In this document: positions 18,873-29,379 of the stretch, piece by piece | Position numbering within the stretch: position 1 is the stretch's first letter | Layout: each line of letters begins with the position of its first letter | Origin: an uncultured Alphaproteobacteria bacterium | Lineage (GTDB): Bacteria > Pseudomonadota > Alphaproteobacteria > Rs-D84 | Length of the DNA: 64,000 bases | Assembly (NCBI GenBank): GCA_944392815.1 | Contig: CALXXY010000001.1 | Location: 32,001 to 96,000 of the forward strand | Reading direction: 5' to 3' | Position numbers and translations under genes: made by a program | The notes under the pieces: model-generated | What the model was told of the DNA's origin: nothing | The model's database searches: none | The model's input: the letters and a program-made list of their open reading frames with translations, nothing else

Positions 18873-20489
18873 ATGGCAAAAGAAATTGTTTTTGATACAG
18901 ATAAAATGGTGGCAGGGGTCGATAAATTGGCCAATGCCGTTAAAATTACTATGGGCCCCAAGGGTCGCACTGTTGTGATTGATAAATCGTACGGCGCGCC
19001 TGTTGCGACAAAAGATGGTGTGACCGTCGCCAAAGCGGTATCGTTAAAAGATCCCCAGGAAAACATTGGTGCGCGCATGGTTCAGGAAGTTGCCAAAAAG
19101 GCCGGCGATGACGCTGGTGACGGCACGACCACTGCAACCGTATTGGCGCAAAAAATTATTCGCGAAGGTCGCCGTGTAATCGCGGCCGGTATGAATCCTA
19201 TGGACGTGAAACGCGGTATTGATATCGCAACAGCCGCCGTCGTGGCCGACATCGAAAAACACGCACGCCCGGTCAAGGACAGCGCTGAAATTGCCCAGGT
19301 TGCAACAATTTCCGCAAATTCAGATTCTGAAATTGGTGAAAAAATTGCCGGCGCCATGGAAAAAGTTGGCAAAGAAGGCGTTATCACCGTCGAAGAGGCC
19401 AAAGGTCTGGAAACAGAAATCGACGTTGTCGAAGGCATGCAATTCGACCAGGGTTTCATGTCGCCCTATTTCGTGACCAACAGCGAAAAAATGTTGGCTG
19501 AATTGGACGGCGCGCAAATTTTGGTGTCTGAAAAGAAAATCACAGGGCTGCAGGCATTGTTGCCTATATTGGAACCTGTGGCGCAATCCGGCCGGCCGTT
19601 GCTGATTATCGCCGAAGACGTCGAATCCGAAGCGTTGGCAACATTGGTTTTGAACAAACTGCGTGGCGGATTAAAAGTTTGCGCAGTCAAAGCCCCGGGA
19701 TTCGGCGACAGACGCAAAGAAATGTTAAAAGATATCGCCGCTGTCACCGGTGCAACTGTGATTTCTGACGATATGGGCATGACATTTGAAAATATTACAC
19801 CGGACGTTTTGGGCAGTGCTAAAAAAGTCGTTGTGGCCAAAGATTCAACTCTGTTGGCACAGGGCAATGGCGACAAAGCGGCCATTAATGCACGCGCGGA
19901 CGAAATCCGTAAATTAATGTCCACCAGCACCAGCGATTATGACCGCGAAAAATTGGCGGAACGTTTGGCTAAACTGGTCGGTGGCGTCGCTGTTATCAAA
20001 GTCGGCGGCATGACCGAGGTCGAAGTCAAAGAAAAGAAAGACCGCGTTGACGACGCGTTGGCTGCAACACGCGCCGCCGTGGCCGAAGGCATCGTTGCCG
20101 GGGGCGGAATCGCACTGGTTCGCGCAACGGCCGCGTTGGAAAAATTGACTGGGGCGAACACGGACCAAAATGTCGGTATCGACATTGTACGCCGTGCGCT
20201 GGTTGCACCATGCGCCCAGATTGCTGAAAACGCGGGCGTGTCGGGCGAAATTGTCGTTGGCAAAGTTATGGACGCCAAAGATTACAATTTCGGATACAAC
20301 GCGCAAACTGGCGAATATGTCGATATGATGAAATCCGGTATTATCGATCCGGCCAAGGTTGTAAAAACAGCCATACAGGCCGCAGCCAGCACAGCAGGCG
20401 TATTGCTGACGACTGGCGCAGTAATGTCCGATATACCCGAGGATAAACCCGCCCCGCAAATGGGTGGCGGCATGCCGGGCATGATGTAA
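18873..20489 (+). CDS. groEL: Chaperonin GroEL
   Basis: [27 protein letters not shown] tail. Confidence 0.99.
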   Translation: MAKEIVFDTDKMVAGVDKLANAVKITMGPKGRTVVIDKSYGAPVATKDGVTVAKAVSLKDPQENIGARMVQEVAKKAGDDAGDGTTTATVLAQKIIREGRRVIAAGMNPMDVKRGIDIATAAVVADIEKHARPVKDSAEIAQVATISANSDSEIGEKIAGAMEKVGKEGVITVEEAKGLETEIDVVEGMQFDQGFMSPYFVTNSEKMLAELDGAQILVSEKKITGLQALLPILEPVAQSGRPLLIIAEDVESEALATLVLNKLRGGLKVCAVKAPGFGDRRKEMLKDIAAVTGATVISDDMGMTFENITPDVLGSAKKVVVAKDSTLLAQGNGDKAAINARADEIRKLMSTSTSDYDREKLAERLAKLVGGVAVIKVGGMTEVEVKEKKDRVDDALAATRAAVAEGIVAGGGIALVRATAALEKLTGANTDQNVGIDIVRRALVAPCAQIAENAGVSGEIVVGKVMDAKDYNFGYNAQTGEYVDMMKSGIIDPAKVVKTAIQAAASTAGVLLTTGAVMSDIPEDKPAPQMGGGMPGMM

Positions 20490-20490
20490 T

Positions 20491-20516
20491 AAAAACGGGG
20501 CGTCTGCCCCGTTTTT
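20491..20516 (+). terminator. Terminator of the repeated AAACGGGGC..GCCCCGTTT family
   Basis: Hairpin plus T-run after groEL; the same family occurs near 31882, 36274, 39504 and 59545. Confidence 0.85.
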
Positions 20517-20518
20517 AT

Positions 20519-20984
20519 TAGAGTGTAGAGTGGAGAGTATAGAGTGTAGATAATGTCTGCGGGCGAATGCCCGCAGTGCTTTTTTATTTACTGGATCGCC
20601 ACGCTTTGCTCGCGATGACAATGGAGAGTAAGTGCATATTCTTGAACTCTCTCACCACCCCGCCCTGCGGGCACCCCTCCAATGGAGGGGAACTGATTCC
20701 GCGACGGGACGAAAGCCAAGTTCCCCTCTGCGGAGGGGTGCCGGCTATGCCGGCGGGGTGGTCATTGTGCCCCACCCCCCGTCGTGCTCTGCACGACACC
20801 CCCCGCCCAGAACCACCCACGCAAACTATGTTTGCGCGGGGCCCGGTGTGGCGGTGGGCATTCTGATATTTCACCATTCGTATGCCACTGCCCCAACATG
20901 GGGCGGGGGGTATTCGGGTGCAGGATTTTAATTTGCGGGGGTGACGATTGTACCGCCGCCGGGCAGAACTGGTGTGATTTCGCC
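20519..20984. repeat. Mosaic palindromic repeat cluster
   Basis: Heptamer tract, GATCGCCACGCTTTGCTCGCGATGAC unit, paired CCCCTCCAATGGAGGGG / CCCCTCTGCGGAGGGG palindromes, and a 57-bp unit 20928-20984 nearly identical to 38051-38107. Confidence 0.92.
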
Positions 20985-21147
20985 GCCGGGAACGGGGTCA
21001 AACGTACATGGTGCGGCTAGTGTTGTGGCGCACGCAACGCCGCACAACATGGGAATAACCGGGTGCTATGTCCAGGCCCAGGATACTTTTTATGACCCCA
21101 GCGGGACGTGGGTTTATGATTCTGATTGCCCATACTATCCAGAATAG
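20985..21147 (+). pseudogene. Headless 3' remnant of a Cys-rich exported protein
   Basis: Frame ends GITGCYVQAQDTFYDPSGTWVYDSDCPYYPE*, similar to the C-terminus of the cassette partner proteins (CIMYAPAGVSYTDTTGIYEFEQAC); no signal peptide or RBS. Confidence 0.6.
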
Positions 21148-21165
21148 TAATCCGAAACAGATATA

Positions 21166-21200
21166 AAAAATGGCGCGATATTTTTATTGCGCCATTTTTT
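21166..21200. terminator. Bidirectional terminator
   Basis: AAAAATGGCGC...GCGCCATTTTTT. Confidence 0.75.
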
Positions 21201-21207
21201 AGTGTAA

Positions 21208-21750
21208 TTAATGCTGGTTTTGTTTTTTGGCCCAGCGGGTAATTACATCGTTATTGAATTTTTCATATTTATCGCGCAATTCAATTGAACGTGTGCACCA
21301 TTGCGATGATTCTGGGATTACAAAATCCCACGGGCCGGGCAATGTGTTTGCGCGGCGTGGTGAATCATTGTTGTCGTCCGATGTGGCGGACATTTTTGTC
21401 AATTCTGTTTCAGATATGATTTTTTTATAGTCCGGTTTTATTTGCGTTTCCGCCGGTCCATAAATATATTCTATGTACCCGCATGAATTTGGCATTAATC
21501 CAGAACGCAATACCACCGGCACATTTACTTTGTTGCAATATATACGGTGGTTCAGACGCGTGTTGTATACCCTGCACCGTTGGGTGTCCAGGTTTAAATT
21601 TTTGCATGCGACACTGGTATAATACACGCCCGCACGACGCGTATGTTTCAACAGGCAACATACACCACAACCCTTGCACAAAGATTCCCATTGTTCGTCG
21701 TTCAATGTGGCCAGTTTTTCTATGCGTTCCTGAATTTGTTTTTCTGTCAT
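21208..21750 (-). CDS. YcgN-like cysteine-cluster protein (CxxCxxCC)
   Basis: QWESLCKGCGVCC, VACKNL, RCRVYNTR, MPNSCGY. Confidence 0.8.
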   Translation of the reverse strand: MTEKQIQERIEKLATLNDEQWESLCKGCGVCCLLKHTRRAGVYYTSVACKNLNLDTQRCRVYNTRLNHRIYCNKVNVPVVLRSGLMPNSCGYIEYIYGPAETQIKPDYKKIISETELTKMSATSDDNNDSPRRANTLPGPWDFVIPESSQWCTRSIELRDKYEKFNNDVITRWAKKQNQH

Positions 21751-21796
21751 GATTATTTATTATCCTTTTGTTATAACGGTTTGTGATAGCCCCCTT

Positions 21797-22669
21797 CTAG
21801 CGGCTTAGGAACAAACTGCGATCATTGGCCAGGAAATAGCGGCGCCCGGGCATTGCACACATAAATTTATGCAAATATCGCAACGAGTTTTGTATCATTG
21901 CTGTTTCCAATGTCTGTGCATTTTCCACCATCAGGCGCAATTTCTGCAGGCGCGCCAAATCAAATACGTTTTCGCCGGCCGTTTCTGCGTTGTTGTTATA
22001 TTTAATTTCCACCAAAAAATTCTGGAAATTGTTGTTAATGTATTTCAGACGCGATACCTGGTCGTCCAATTTTATATACGGCAAAATGCCCATGGCAACG
22101 ATTGTGTTCAATTCACCATCGGCCGCCATATTTTTCGCTGTGTCCCATGAAATGCTGTGCGGGGCGCGACCAAACACGCGTTCAGACGCAATACTGTAAA
22201 CATCGATTATTTCAGGTTTGTCGTCAATGCAATATGCGTCGGTTGTGTTGTATTGCGCCTGGATAATCGGGGCCAATGGCGACAGGCCACAGCCCAAATC
22301 CACAAATTTAATATCCTGGTTGTTGGCGATTTTATTCGTCAGGAAATTTATACTTTCTGAAAAACGTATGGCATAGTGCAACGAATGCAACGGCACGTTG
22401 CGCGCCGATTCCACACATTTCGCCGGGAAAGTATCCGACGCCAACGTGTTATTCAAAATTTTACGTCCCATTTGCCCCAGATGTGCGCTGTATTGCGATG
22501 ATTTTAAAATGTCAACCAATGCGCAATTCCATTCGTGCACATATTTTTTCGTTTCGCGCGACAATGGCGCAATGTTGTGCACGTATTTTTTTAACGCTGG
22601 TTCCAAAAACATACTGCACGACAAAGGAACGTCAATCGTGCCGTAATTTTGTTTATTTGATTTTGTCAT
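21797..22669 (-). CDS. Putative class I SAM-dependent methyltransferase-like protein
   Basis: FVDLGCGLSP motif I and AMGILPYI. Start placed at MTKSNKQ with RBS AGGA. Confidence 0.6.
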   Translation of the reverse strand: MTKSNKQNYGTIDVPLSCSMFLEPALKKYVHNIAPLSRETKKYVHEWNCALVDILKSSQYSAHLGQMGRKILNNTLASDTFPAKCVESARNVPLHSLHYAIRFSESINFLTNKIANNQDIKFVDLGCGLSPLAPIIQAQYNTTDAYCIDDKPEIIDVYSIASERVFGRAPHSISWDTAKNMAADGELNTIVAMGILPYIKLDDQVSRLKYINNNFQNFLVEIKYNNNAETAGENVFDLARLQKLRLMVENAQTLETAMIQNSLRYLHKFMCAMPGRRYFLANDRSLFLSR

Positions 22670-22731
22670 AATTTTTCCTGATTGTTGTGAGATATAGTAC
22701 AAAATTTATATTTTGTCAATATATTTAATGG

Positions 22732-23457
22732 TTAAATTTCTGGTTGCCATTGTCCGAAATCGTCGTGTGTGGCGCCCGGGACAACGACTGTATTTGCCCC
22801 GCCCGTCCATTTAAAAGACAACGAATTTGGAACTGTTTGGTCGTTTTCCGCCACGTAATGTGTTTGTTGAATACGCGGCAACGTGTCCATGTTTATGGAC
22901 GATTTCAGCGGGCTGTCGCCGAAATATTCGGTCCAATCAGCATGATTTAAAACGCCCGCGATTGTTATCCATTTTTCCACATTTATCTGCGGATATTTTT
23001 GGATAATTAATCCGGCCGCCAATGCCCCGCCCGAATATCCAATCAGAACAACTGGACGCGCGGCGGCCACCTGGGTCACCGCTGTGGCCATTGAATCAAT
23101 CACACGGGGCGAAAAACGGCCATCTGTCCAATCGGACGTGTTGCACGACGGCGACATTATATATTGGCATGGACGTGCCATATACACCACGTTTGGCGCG
23201 GCGTCACGCGCAGCCCATTCGCGAACCTGGGTGCCGTGGGGCGTCGGGTCGGCGGTCGGCATGCCGCGGCCATTGAATGCGTGGCCGTCACCTTCGATAT
23301 AAATATGGACGGGGGCGGTTGTATCTGTGATTTTTTGCCAGGTGGCGATTTCAAATATGCCTGTATCAATCGGATTATATATAAAATCGTCCGGCGCATG
23401 CCAATCAGACACGCACCCGGCCAATAATAAAATCAGTAAAATCCCAACCCGTGACAT
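22732..23457 (-). CDS. Alpha/beta-hydrolase lipoprotein
   Basis: Lipobox LAGC, YIEGDG, GYSGG nucleophile elbow, DQTVP, GATH. Confidence 0.85.
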   Translation of the reverse strand: MSRVGILLILLLAGCVSDWHAPDDFIYNPIDTGIFEIATWQKITDTTAPVHIYIEGDGHAFNGRGMPTADPTPHGTQVREWAARDAAPNVVYMARPCQYIMSPSCNTSDWTDGRFSPRVIDSMATAVTQVAAARPVVLIGYSGGALAAGLIIQKYPQINVEKWITIAGVLNHADWTEYFGDSPLKSSINMDTLPRIQQTHYVAENDQTVPNSLSFKWTGGANTVVVPGATHDDFGQWQPEI

Positions 23458-23518
23458 ACGCGGTATAATACCGCAATCCGCGTCAATCGTCAAATCTTGT
23501 CGGCAAATATATTTCCGT

Positions 23519-23569
23519 TTGACAAATTGTTGACAAAATACTTGACAAATATGTTTTTGGGGTCATAAT
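23519..23569 (+). promoter_or_regulatory. Three phased TTGACAAA direct repeats overlapping a sigma70-like promoter
   Basis: TTGACAAA at 23519, 23530 and 23542; CATAAT at 23564. Confidence 0.6.
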
Positions 23570-23600
23570 AGTATTAGAAATTAACAAAAAGGGTGAGCAC

Positions 23601-24374
23601 ATGTTCAAAGCATTGAAAATGAAAATCGCGGCGCGGCGCATGAATCGCAGTGGCGCGAAAAAGCGCACTGCCCGCAACAGTGTGCGTCGCAAAAATTCAC
23701 GTCGCCCATCGTTTTGGGCGCGCATGTGGAATGCGATTTGCGTGCCGTTTCGTGCGATTGCACGTTGGGCCCGCGCATTTTGGCGCTGGGTTCGCAGCAT
23801 TGATTTAATCGGGTTGGTTAATATCACGCTGTTGTCCGCAATCGTAGTTTTATTTTCTATGCTGATTATGGATTTCGTTGGTTGTGGTAAAAAACAGGTC
23901 ATTATTATCGCGAAAAATAATACGCCTGAAATCGTGCGCACAACTGATGACGCCCCACAAATGCACCGTGTGGTGCGCGCACGCACTGTTAAATTGCCAA
24001 TGAAACAAACGACCAAACGCGAATTAATCGGCGCGCCGGTCAATGTTGCACGCACAACACCCGACAAAGTGGCCGTCGCCCAGACCGCCCGCACAGGCAA
24101 AGTCATGTTTGGTGACGTTATTGTCGACAGCCGTGGCGCCGCGACTATGTTAAAGCCCGGCGATACAGTGCGTGGAAATTTATATCTGCAGAATATGCGC
24201 AAATATGTTTTGCCGCGCGACATTCGCATCGAAGGCAACCTGTTCCTGCGTGATATGGGCATGTTGCAATTTGGCGGTCAATTCACAGTGACTGGCAATA
24301 TCTATGTGACGCCGTCGTCTTCGTTCGGGCCAATTCCGGGCAACGCGCGCATCGGTGGCCAGGTGATTTTATAA
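23601..24374 (+). CDS. Hypothetical membrane protein with basic N-terminus and beta-repeat C-terminus
   Basis: 257 aa; Arg/Lys-rich N-terminus, one TM, repeats VRGNLYL / IEGNLFL / VTGNIYV / IGGQVIL. Confidence 0.8.
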   Translation: MFKALKMKIAARRMNRSGAKKRTARNSVRRKNSRRPSFWARMWNAICVPFRAIARWARAFWRWVRSIDLIGLVNITLLSAIVVLFSMLIMDFVGCGKKQVIIIAKNNTPEIVRTTDDAPQMHRVVRARTVKLPMKQTTKRELIGAPVNVARTTPDKVAVAQTARTGKVMFGDVIVDSRGAATMLKPGDTVRGNLYLQNMRKYVLPRDIRIEGNLFLRDMGMLQFGGQFTVTGNIYVTPSSSFGPIPGNARIGGQVIL

Positions 24375-24486
24375 GTTTTTTATTTTCAGTTCCCCTGTTA
24401 AACGGTTGCGTTTATGCAACCGTTTTTTGTGGATTTTTTATTCAAAATATGATATAATGCGTTCGTCCAAACGATGGGGGGATTAT

Positions 24487-24756
24487 ATGAATACTTTTGA
24501 AAAAATTTTGAATGTTTTGGGTAAAAACCTGGCGTATACAATCGTGTTGATTATCGCGGTGATATTTTTTGCATATTTTTCAGATGGACTGATTCCGGGA
24601 TTAATTACCGCGTTCAGTGCGCTGATTGCATATGTTTGTGGGGCTGGGTTGTATCGCGAATTCAAAATCGCGTTTTCTGGCAAAAAAACTGTCAGCGCAA
24701 CGGTGAAAAAATCACCTGCGAAAAAAACAGGCGCAAAAAAAACATCAAAAAAATAA
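24487..24756 (+). CDS. Hypothetical 2-TM protein with Lys-rich tail
   Basis: Start MNTFEKIL after GGGGG RBS; upstream TATAAT. Confidence 0.7.
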   Translation: MNTFEKILNVLGKNLAYTIVLIIAVIFFAYFSDGLIPGLITAFSALIAYVCGAGLYREFKIAFSGKKTVSATVKKSPAKKTGAKKTSKK

Positions 24757-24773
24757 ATTTAATTTATCAAATA

Positions 24774-24800
24774 AAAAATCCCGCGGTTGCGGGATTTTTT
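24774..24800. terminator. Bidirectional terminator
   Basis: AAAAATCCCGC GGTT GCGGGATTTTTT. Confidence 0.85.
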
Positions 24801-24801
24801 A

Positions 24802-25152
24802 TTATTGATTTTCCTGGCCTGGGGCGGAATCACCCGTTTCACCCGGAATGGCGGATTCAGCCGGGGCGTTGCCCTGTTGTACGATTTCGCTGCGCAAATC
24901 ACTTTGTTGGGTGGCAATGTCTGATTTTGCCGAAACCAGTGCCAACAATGCGCACAACACGAAAAATATAGTCGCCAACCACGCCGTTGCACGGGTTAAA
25001 AAATTCCCGGCGGCCGCGCCCGTTAACGCGCCACCAAACATAGATGCCGCGGCGGAACCGGACATACCGCTGCCCTCGGATTTTTGCAGCAAAATTATGC
25101 CCGTCATCAAAATTGCAACAATGATTAATAATACCAGTAAAATTGTAAACAT
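24802..25152 (-). CDS. secG: Preprotein translocase subunit SecG
   Basis: IILLQKSEGSG, NFLTRATAWLATIFF; 2 TM. Confidence 0.93.
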   Translation of the reverse strand: MFTILLVLLIIVAILMTGIILLQKSEGSGMSGSAAASMFGGALTGAAAGNFLTRATAWLATIFFVLCALLALVSAKSDIATQQSDLRSEIVQQGNAPAESAIPGETGDSAPGQENQ

Positions 25153-25179
25153 GTGTTAATCCCTTGGTTGGTGGTAATT

Positions 25180-25827
25180 TTATATGTCCGCGCCGTCAAT
25201 TGCAAGTTTTTTCAGCAATGCGTCCGCGGCGGCGATACTGGCCGATTTTTTCGAAGTGCCCGCCCCCGTCGCGCTGTGGCCCATGGCGGTCACGCGAACA
25301 TTAAACGTTGGTTTATGCGACGCACCGGTCGGTTCCAGGTATTCGTATTCAGGCAATGCGCCGTTATCCATTTTTTGCACCAATTCCTGTAATGCAGTTT
25401 TGGAATCTTTTGGTGCGATTGGGTCGGCCGCCGCCAAATCGCGCCACAGTTCAACAATTATCGCACGCGCCGCGTCAAAACCGCCATCGATAAAGATGGC
25501 GCCAAATACGGCCTCCATCGCGTTGGCACAGATGTGCTGAATGCGGCCGGCTGTCATATGACCATGATGAATTTTTTTATCCAGCCCCAGTTGGGTTGCA
25601 ACGCGTGCCAACGTTTCTGTGGAAACCAGTGTGGCGTGACGACGCGCCAGTTCGCCTTCGTGTTCGGTCGGGAACATTTCATACAGCAGCGCCGCCACCG
25701 ACAACCCCAGCACGCGATCGCCGACGAATTCCAATCGTTCGTTATTATGTTCTGCGTTGGCACCGCTTTGCGTTAATGCCAATTCCAACAATTCTGGATT
25801 TTTAAAAGTATAATTTAATTTTGCCAC
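25180..25827 (-). CDS. rnc: Ribonuclease III
   Basis: NERLEFVGDRVLGL signature, EAVFGAIFIDGG, dsRBD; GTG start. Confidence 0.97.
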   Translation of the reverse strand: MAKLNYTFKNPELLELALTQSGANAEHNNERLEFVGDRVLGLSVAALLYEMFPTEHEGELARRHATLVSTETLARVATQLGLDKKIHHGHMTAGRIQHICANAMEAVFGAIFIDGGFDAARAIIVELWRDLAAADPIAPKDSKTALQELVQKMDNGALPEYEYLEPTGASHKPTFNVRVTAMGHSATGAGTSKKSASIAAADALLKKLAIDGADI

Positions 25828-25828
25828 G

Positions 25829-26716
25829 TTAATCTATCCCCATGCCTATTCTGTCCCAGCGCATTTTATTGCCCCAATTCCATACTGCCAACATAGACGA
25901 ATAGTAATTGTGCGAATACCATATAAACCACACCGGCCCCAGTACATTATCGCGCGGGACATACCCGATATCAGCCCGGCTGTCGCCACTGTTATCACGA
26001 TTATCACCCATAAAGAAATAATGATTTTCCGGCACAGTGAACATCATGGTGTTGTCCAGGGGTCCTTCGTCGGTTAATTCAACTATGCTGTGTGTGACGC
26101 CATTTGGTAATGTTTCTGTATATTCTGTGCCCATAAATACGCCACATTCCCACTGATATTTATTACAAAAATCGTCGTCTTTGTATTCTATGGTGTAATC
26201 AAATTCTGCCGGGGCATTATCGACCCAGATTTTATTGCCCTTTATCACCATGTTTTTTTCTGGGATATGATATCCGGCACTGCGCAAAGATTTACGCAAT
26301 GTGGCAATTACATACGGCCGCGGATTATCGCGCGGCACCATTTCGCCGTTTATATACAGGCGGCCATCTGTCATTTGAATCGTGTCGCCAGGTTTGCCAA
26401 TTAACCGTTTAACATAATCCTGGGATTCATTGATTGGATTACGGAATACTATGACATCACCGATTTCCGGTTCGTGACCGAAAAAGCGCCCGTCCCATAA
26501 ATGCCACGACCCAAACGGAAAAGAATAGCGCGAATACCCGTACGGCCATTTTTCAACAAAAATATGATCGCCCACATGCAATGTCGGTATCATTGACCCA
26601 GACGGTATATTAAACGGTTCCAATAAAAAACTGCGAAACACTATGGCGATTAAAACACCGTAAAAAATGGTATTAAACCAATCGCGCGCAACATTAGATT
26701 TCTTTTTCAATGGCAT
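25829..26716 (-). CDS. lepB: Signal peptidase I
   Basis: IPSGSMIPTL, YVKRLIG, MGDNRDNSGDSR. Confidence 0.97.
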   Translation of the reverse strand: MPLKKKSNVARDWFNTIFYGVLIAIVFRSFLLEPFNIPSGSMIPTLHVGDHIFVEKWPYGYSRYSFPFGSWHLWDGRFFGHEPEIGDVIVFRNPINESQDYVKRLIGKPGDTIQMTDGRLYINGEMVPRDNPRPYVIATLRKSLRSAGYHIPEKNMVIKGNKIWVDNAPAEFDYTIEYKDDDFCNKYQWECGVFMGTEYTETLPNGVTHSIVELTDEGPLDNTMMFTVPENHYFFMGDNRDNSGDSRADIGYVPRDNVLGPVWFIWYSHNYYSSMLAVWNWGNKMRWDRIGMGID

Positions 26717-26786
26717 AATTTTCGTTTCCTTTGTCCGCCCTATTTTATAACTTGAATTGATTCAGCGCAAGTTTTAATATGCGCAT

Positions 26787-28310
26787 ATGATATCTTTGAA
26801 TTCAATCATATTTAATGGCATGGACGCAACACCCATTGATGTCCAGGTACAATTGTCCAGTGGCCTGTGCAAACAGGAATTTAACATTATCGGATTGGCG
26901 GATCGCGCGGTCAAAGAATCTGCCGAACGTATTCGCAATGTGTTGGGGGCATTGAATATATCTATGCCGCCACGGCGATTGACGGTGAATCTGTCGCCGG
27001 CCGACGTGGAAAAAACAGGGTCGCATTTTGATTTGCCGATTTTATGCGGGATATTATGCGCATTTGGCATTTTACCCGAAGCGGAATTGTCGAAATATGT
27101 GATTATTGGCGAAGTCGGACTGAATGGCGCAATCGTTAAAACAGACGGCGTATTACCCGCCAGTGTTTGGGCAAATCAACACAATATGGGCATTATTTGC
27201 CCCGGCGACCAGGGGACCGAGGCCCGATGGGCCGGGCACACCAATATTCTGGCGCCGTTTCACGTGCTGGAATTAATTAACCATTTCAAAGGCACGCAAA
27301 TTTTGCCTGTGCCGGAATTAACAAAAATTGAATCGGACGCGTCTGCGCATGTTGATATGGCCGAAGTGCATGGGCAATCTGCTGCGAAACGGGCGTTGGA
27401 AATCGCGGCCGCCGGCGGGCATGCAATGTTAATGGTTGGGCCGCCGGGGTCCGGGAAAACTATGTTGGCGTCGCGTTTGCCGACGATATTGCCAGAAATG
27501 ACGCCCGATGAAATTTTGGAAACGTCAATCATATATTCCATCGCGGGGCAATTAAATGGAAAATCGCTGATAACGACGCGGCCGTTTCGCAGTGTGCACC
27601 ATACGTCCAGTGCGGTATCACTGGCGGGCGGCGGGGCAGACGCACGCCCGGGCGAAATTTCATTGGCGCACAATGGGGTATTGTTTTTGGACGAATTGCC
27701 TGAATTTAATCGCGCCACATTGGAAATTTTACGTCAACCGATGGAGGCCGGAAAAATCATGGTTGCGCGCGCACGACGTACTGCGACATACCCGGCGCGT
27801 TTTCAATTAATCGCGGCCATGAATCCATGCCCGTGCGGGCATTTGGGGAATGCCGCCCTGGCCTGTTCGCGCGCGCCCCGCTGTGCCGAGGCATATCAGA
27901 ACAAAATTTCGGGCCCGTTATTGGACAGAATTGATTTACACGTTGATGTTGACGCGGTAAATCCGTGGGAAATGACCAACGCCGATAACGACACACCCGC
28001 AGAAACGTCCGCACAAATTCGCGCACGTGTTGTTGCCGCACGCAATCGGCAAATCGCGCGCCAGGGTGTGCCAAACGCACTGTTGGACGGGGCGGCGTTG
28101 GACGCCGCGGCCCCATTGTCGGCCGAATTAACAGAATTTTTAAATGGTGCCGCGGAAAAAATGGGCATGTCTGCGCGTGGATATAACAGAATAAAACGTA
28201 TTGCGCGCACAATCGCCGACCTGCGCGGGGCGGAAAATATTGAAATGTCCGACCTGGCCGAGGCATTATCATACCGTCCAATTAATCGTGGGAAATATGG
28301 CGCAAAATAA
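26787..28310 (+). CDS. comM: YifB/ComM family Mg-chelatase-like AAA+ ATPase
   Basis: TVNLSPAD, GPPGSGKT, PGEISLAHNGVLFLDE, AMNPCPCG, ARTIADL. Confidence 0.93.
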   Translation: MISLNSIIFNGMDATPIDVQVQLSSGLCKQEFNIIGLADRAVKESAERIRNVLGALNISMPPRRLTVNLSPADVEKTGSHFDLPILCGILCAFGILPEAELSKYVIIGEVGLNGAIVKTDGVLPASVWANQHNMGIICPGDQGTEARWAGHTNILAPFHVLELINHFKGTQILPVPELTKIESDASAHVDMAEVHGQSAAKRALEIAAAGGHAMLMVGPPGSGKTMLASRLPTILPEMTPDEILETSIIYSIAGQLNGKSLITTRPFRSVHHTSSAVSLAGGGADARPGEISLAHNGVLFLDELPEFNRATLEILRQPMEAGKIMVARARRTATYPARFQLIAAMNPCPCGHLGNAALACSRAPRCAEAYQNKISGPLLDRIDLHVDVDAVNPWEMTNADNDTPAETSAQIRARVVAARNRQIARQGVPNALLDGAALDAAAPLSAELTEFLNGAAEKMGMSARGYNRIKRIARTIADLRGAENIEMSDLAEALSYRPINRGKYGAK

Positions 28311-28334
28311 AAATCCGCAGATTGCGGATTTTTT
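28309..28334. terminator. Bidirectional terminator
   Basis: AAAATCCGCA GAT TGCGGATTTTTT. Confidence 0.8.
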
Positions 28335-29310
28335 AAAATTCGAACCGAATACCAAACATAATATTTGCATAAATGGTATTTTCTGAACTGAACCAATCGC
28401 GATGCAGGGTGTTATCCTCGTTGCTTAATTCCCAGCGAATTCGTGGAATGTATGCAATACGCGCACCAAAATCAAAATACATATTTTCCGTCATGCCGTA
28501 TGACATACCAACCGCAAACAATGCCGCTATGTTGGAATTATTCCGTTCAGAACGATAAAACTGGATTGGATCCAGGGTTTCGGCCTTTTGCCCATAGGGG
28601 TATAAATCGGGACTGAGTGATAAATCACCATATAAATCCGACATGTTTAATATGGTTTTTATATCGGCGTATCCGGCACCGAACCCGATGTATGGGATAA
28701 CTGTGCGCATTGGTTTTTGCACACCGTCAAAGAAATCGTAAAACGCCATGACACTGATGATATCGGTCGTGACACTGGACTGGACAGCACCGCTGGATAT
28801 CAGTGCGATTTGACCGCCCTGCTCGGTTCCCATTAATTCGGCTTCGCCCTCCAGAAACGGCGAGGCGTTATATTCACTTTCCGATATATGGTCCCAACCC
28901 AATTCAATGCGCCACTGGGGGCGGTTCGGGACAGTCCAACCAACACTGGCCCCCGCGGCGAATGTGAATGATTCATAATCCTTGGTCGGGGGTAATTCGC
29001 CAATGTTTACATAGCCCACGGGGGAAAAGTTGTCGTATAACCCCTCGGCCCGGCCCTGTTCATATGCCAATTCAGACAACAGAACTGTGCCATCGCTGTA
29101 ATACAATGGGGTTAATTCGCCAATTTCATTTTTGATAGAACCAAAACCAAACGATGCGCCACCACGCACAGATACGGTAAAACGGCTGCCGTCATCGGTG
29201 TATGCGCCATCGCCCACGTAATAACCAGGATATTCCCAGTTCGCGTGCGCCGCGCCACCCACCAGTGTCGCAAAAGCAGAGATTAATAACAGGTTCCTAC
29301 ACTTCTTCAT
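28333..29310 (-). CDS. Outer-membrane beta-barrel protein (opacity/OmpA-TM-like)
   Basis: Signal peptide, PYIGFGAGYA, C-terminal GIRFEF beta-signal. Confidence 0.85.
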   Translation of the reverse strand: MKKCRNLLLISAFATLVGGAAHANWEYPGYYVGDGAYTDDGSRFTVSVRGGASFGFGSIKNEIGELTPLYYSDGTVLLSELAYEQGRAEGLYDNFSPVGYVNIGELPPTKDYESFTFAAGASVGWTVPNRPQWRIELGWDHISESEYNASPFLEGEAELMGTEQGGQIALISSGAVQSSVTTDIISVMAFYDFFDGVQKPMRTVIPYIGFGAGYADIKTILNMSDLYGDLSLSPDLYPYGQKAETLDPIQFYRSERNNSNIAALFAVGMSYGMTENMYFDFGARIAYIPRIRWELSNEDNTLHRDWFSSENTIYANIMFGIRFEF

Positions 29311-29379
29311 GCCCATTATTATATCACAAATTTGCCCGCAATAAAAACAGATTTTATCGTTAAAAGTTAATCCCGTGAT

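Noticed and set aside
19044-20621. Long antisense ORFs opposite groEL (likewise opposite ftsH, comM, ackA and rne)
   Set aside because: Shadow ORFs caused by codon bias in well-supported sense genes.
20567-21020. Short ORFs on both strands within the repeat clusters (also 37074-38152 and 44338-44764)
   Set aside because: They are translations of GC-rich palindromic repeats or tRNA genes, without RBS or family motifs.
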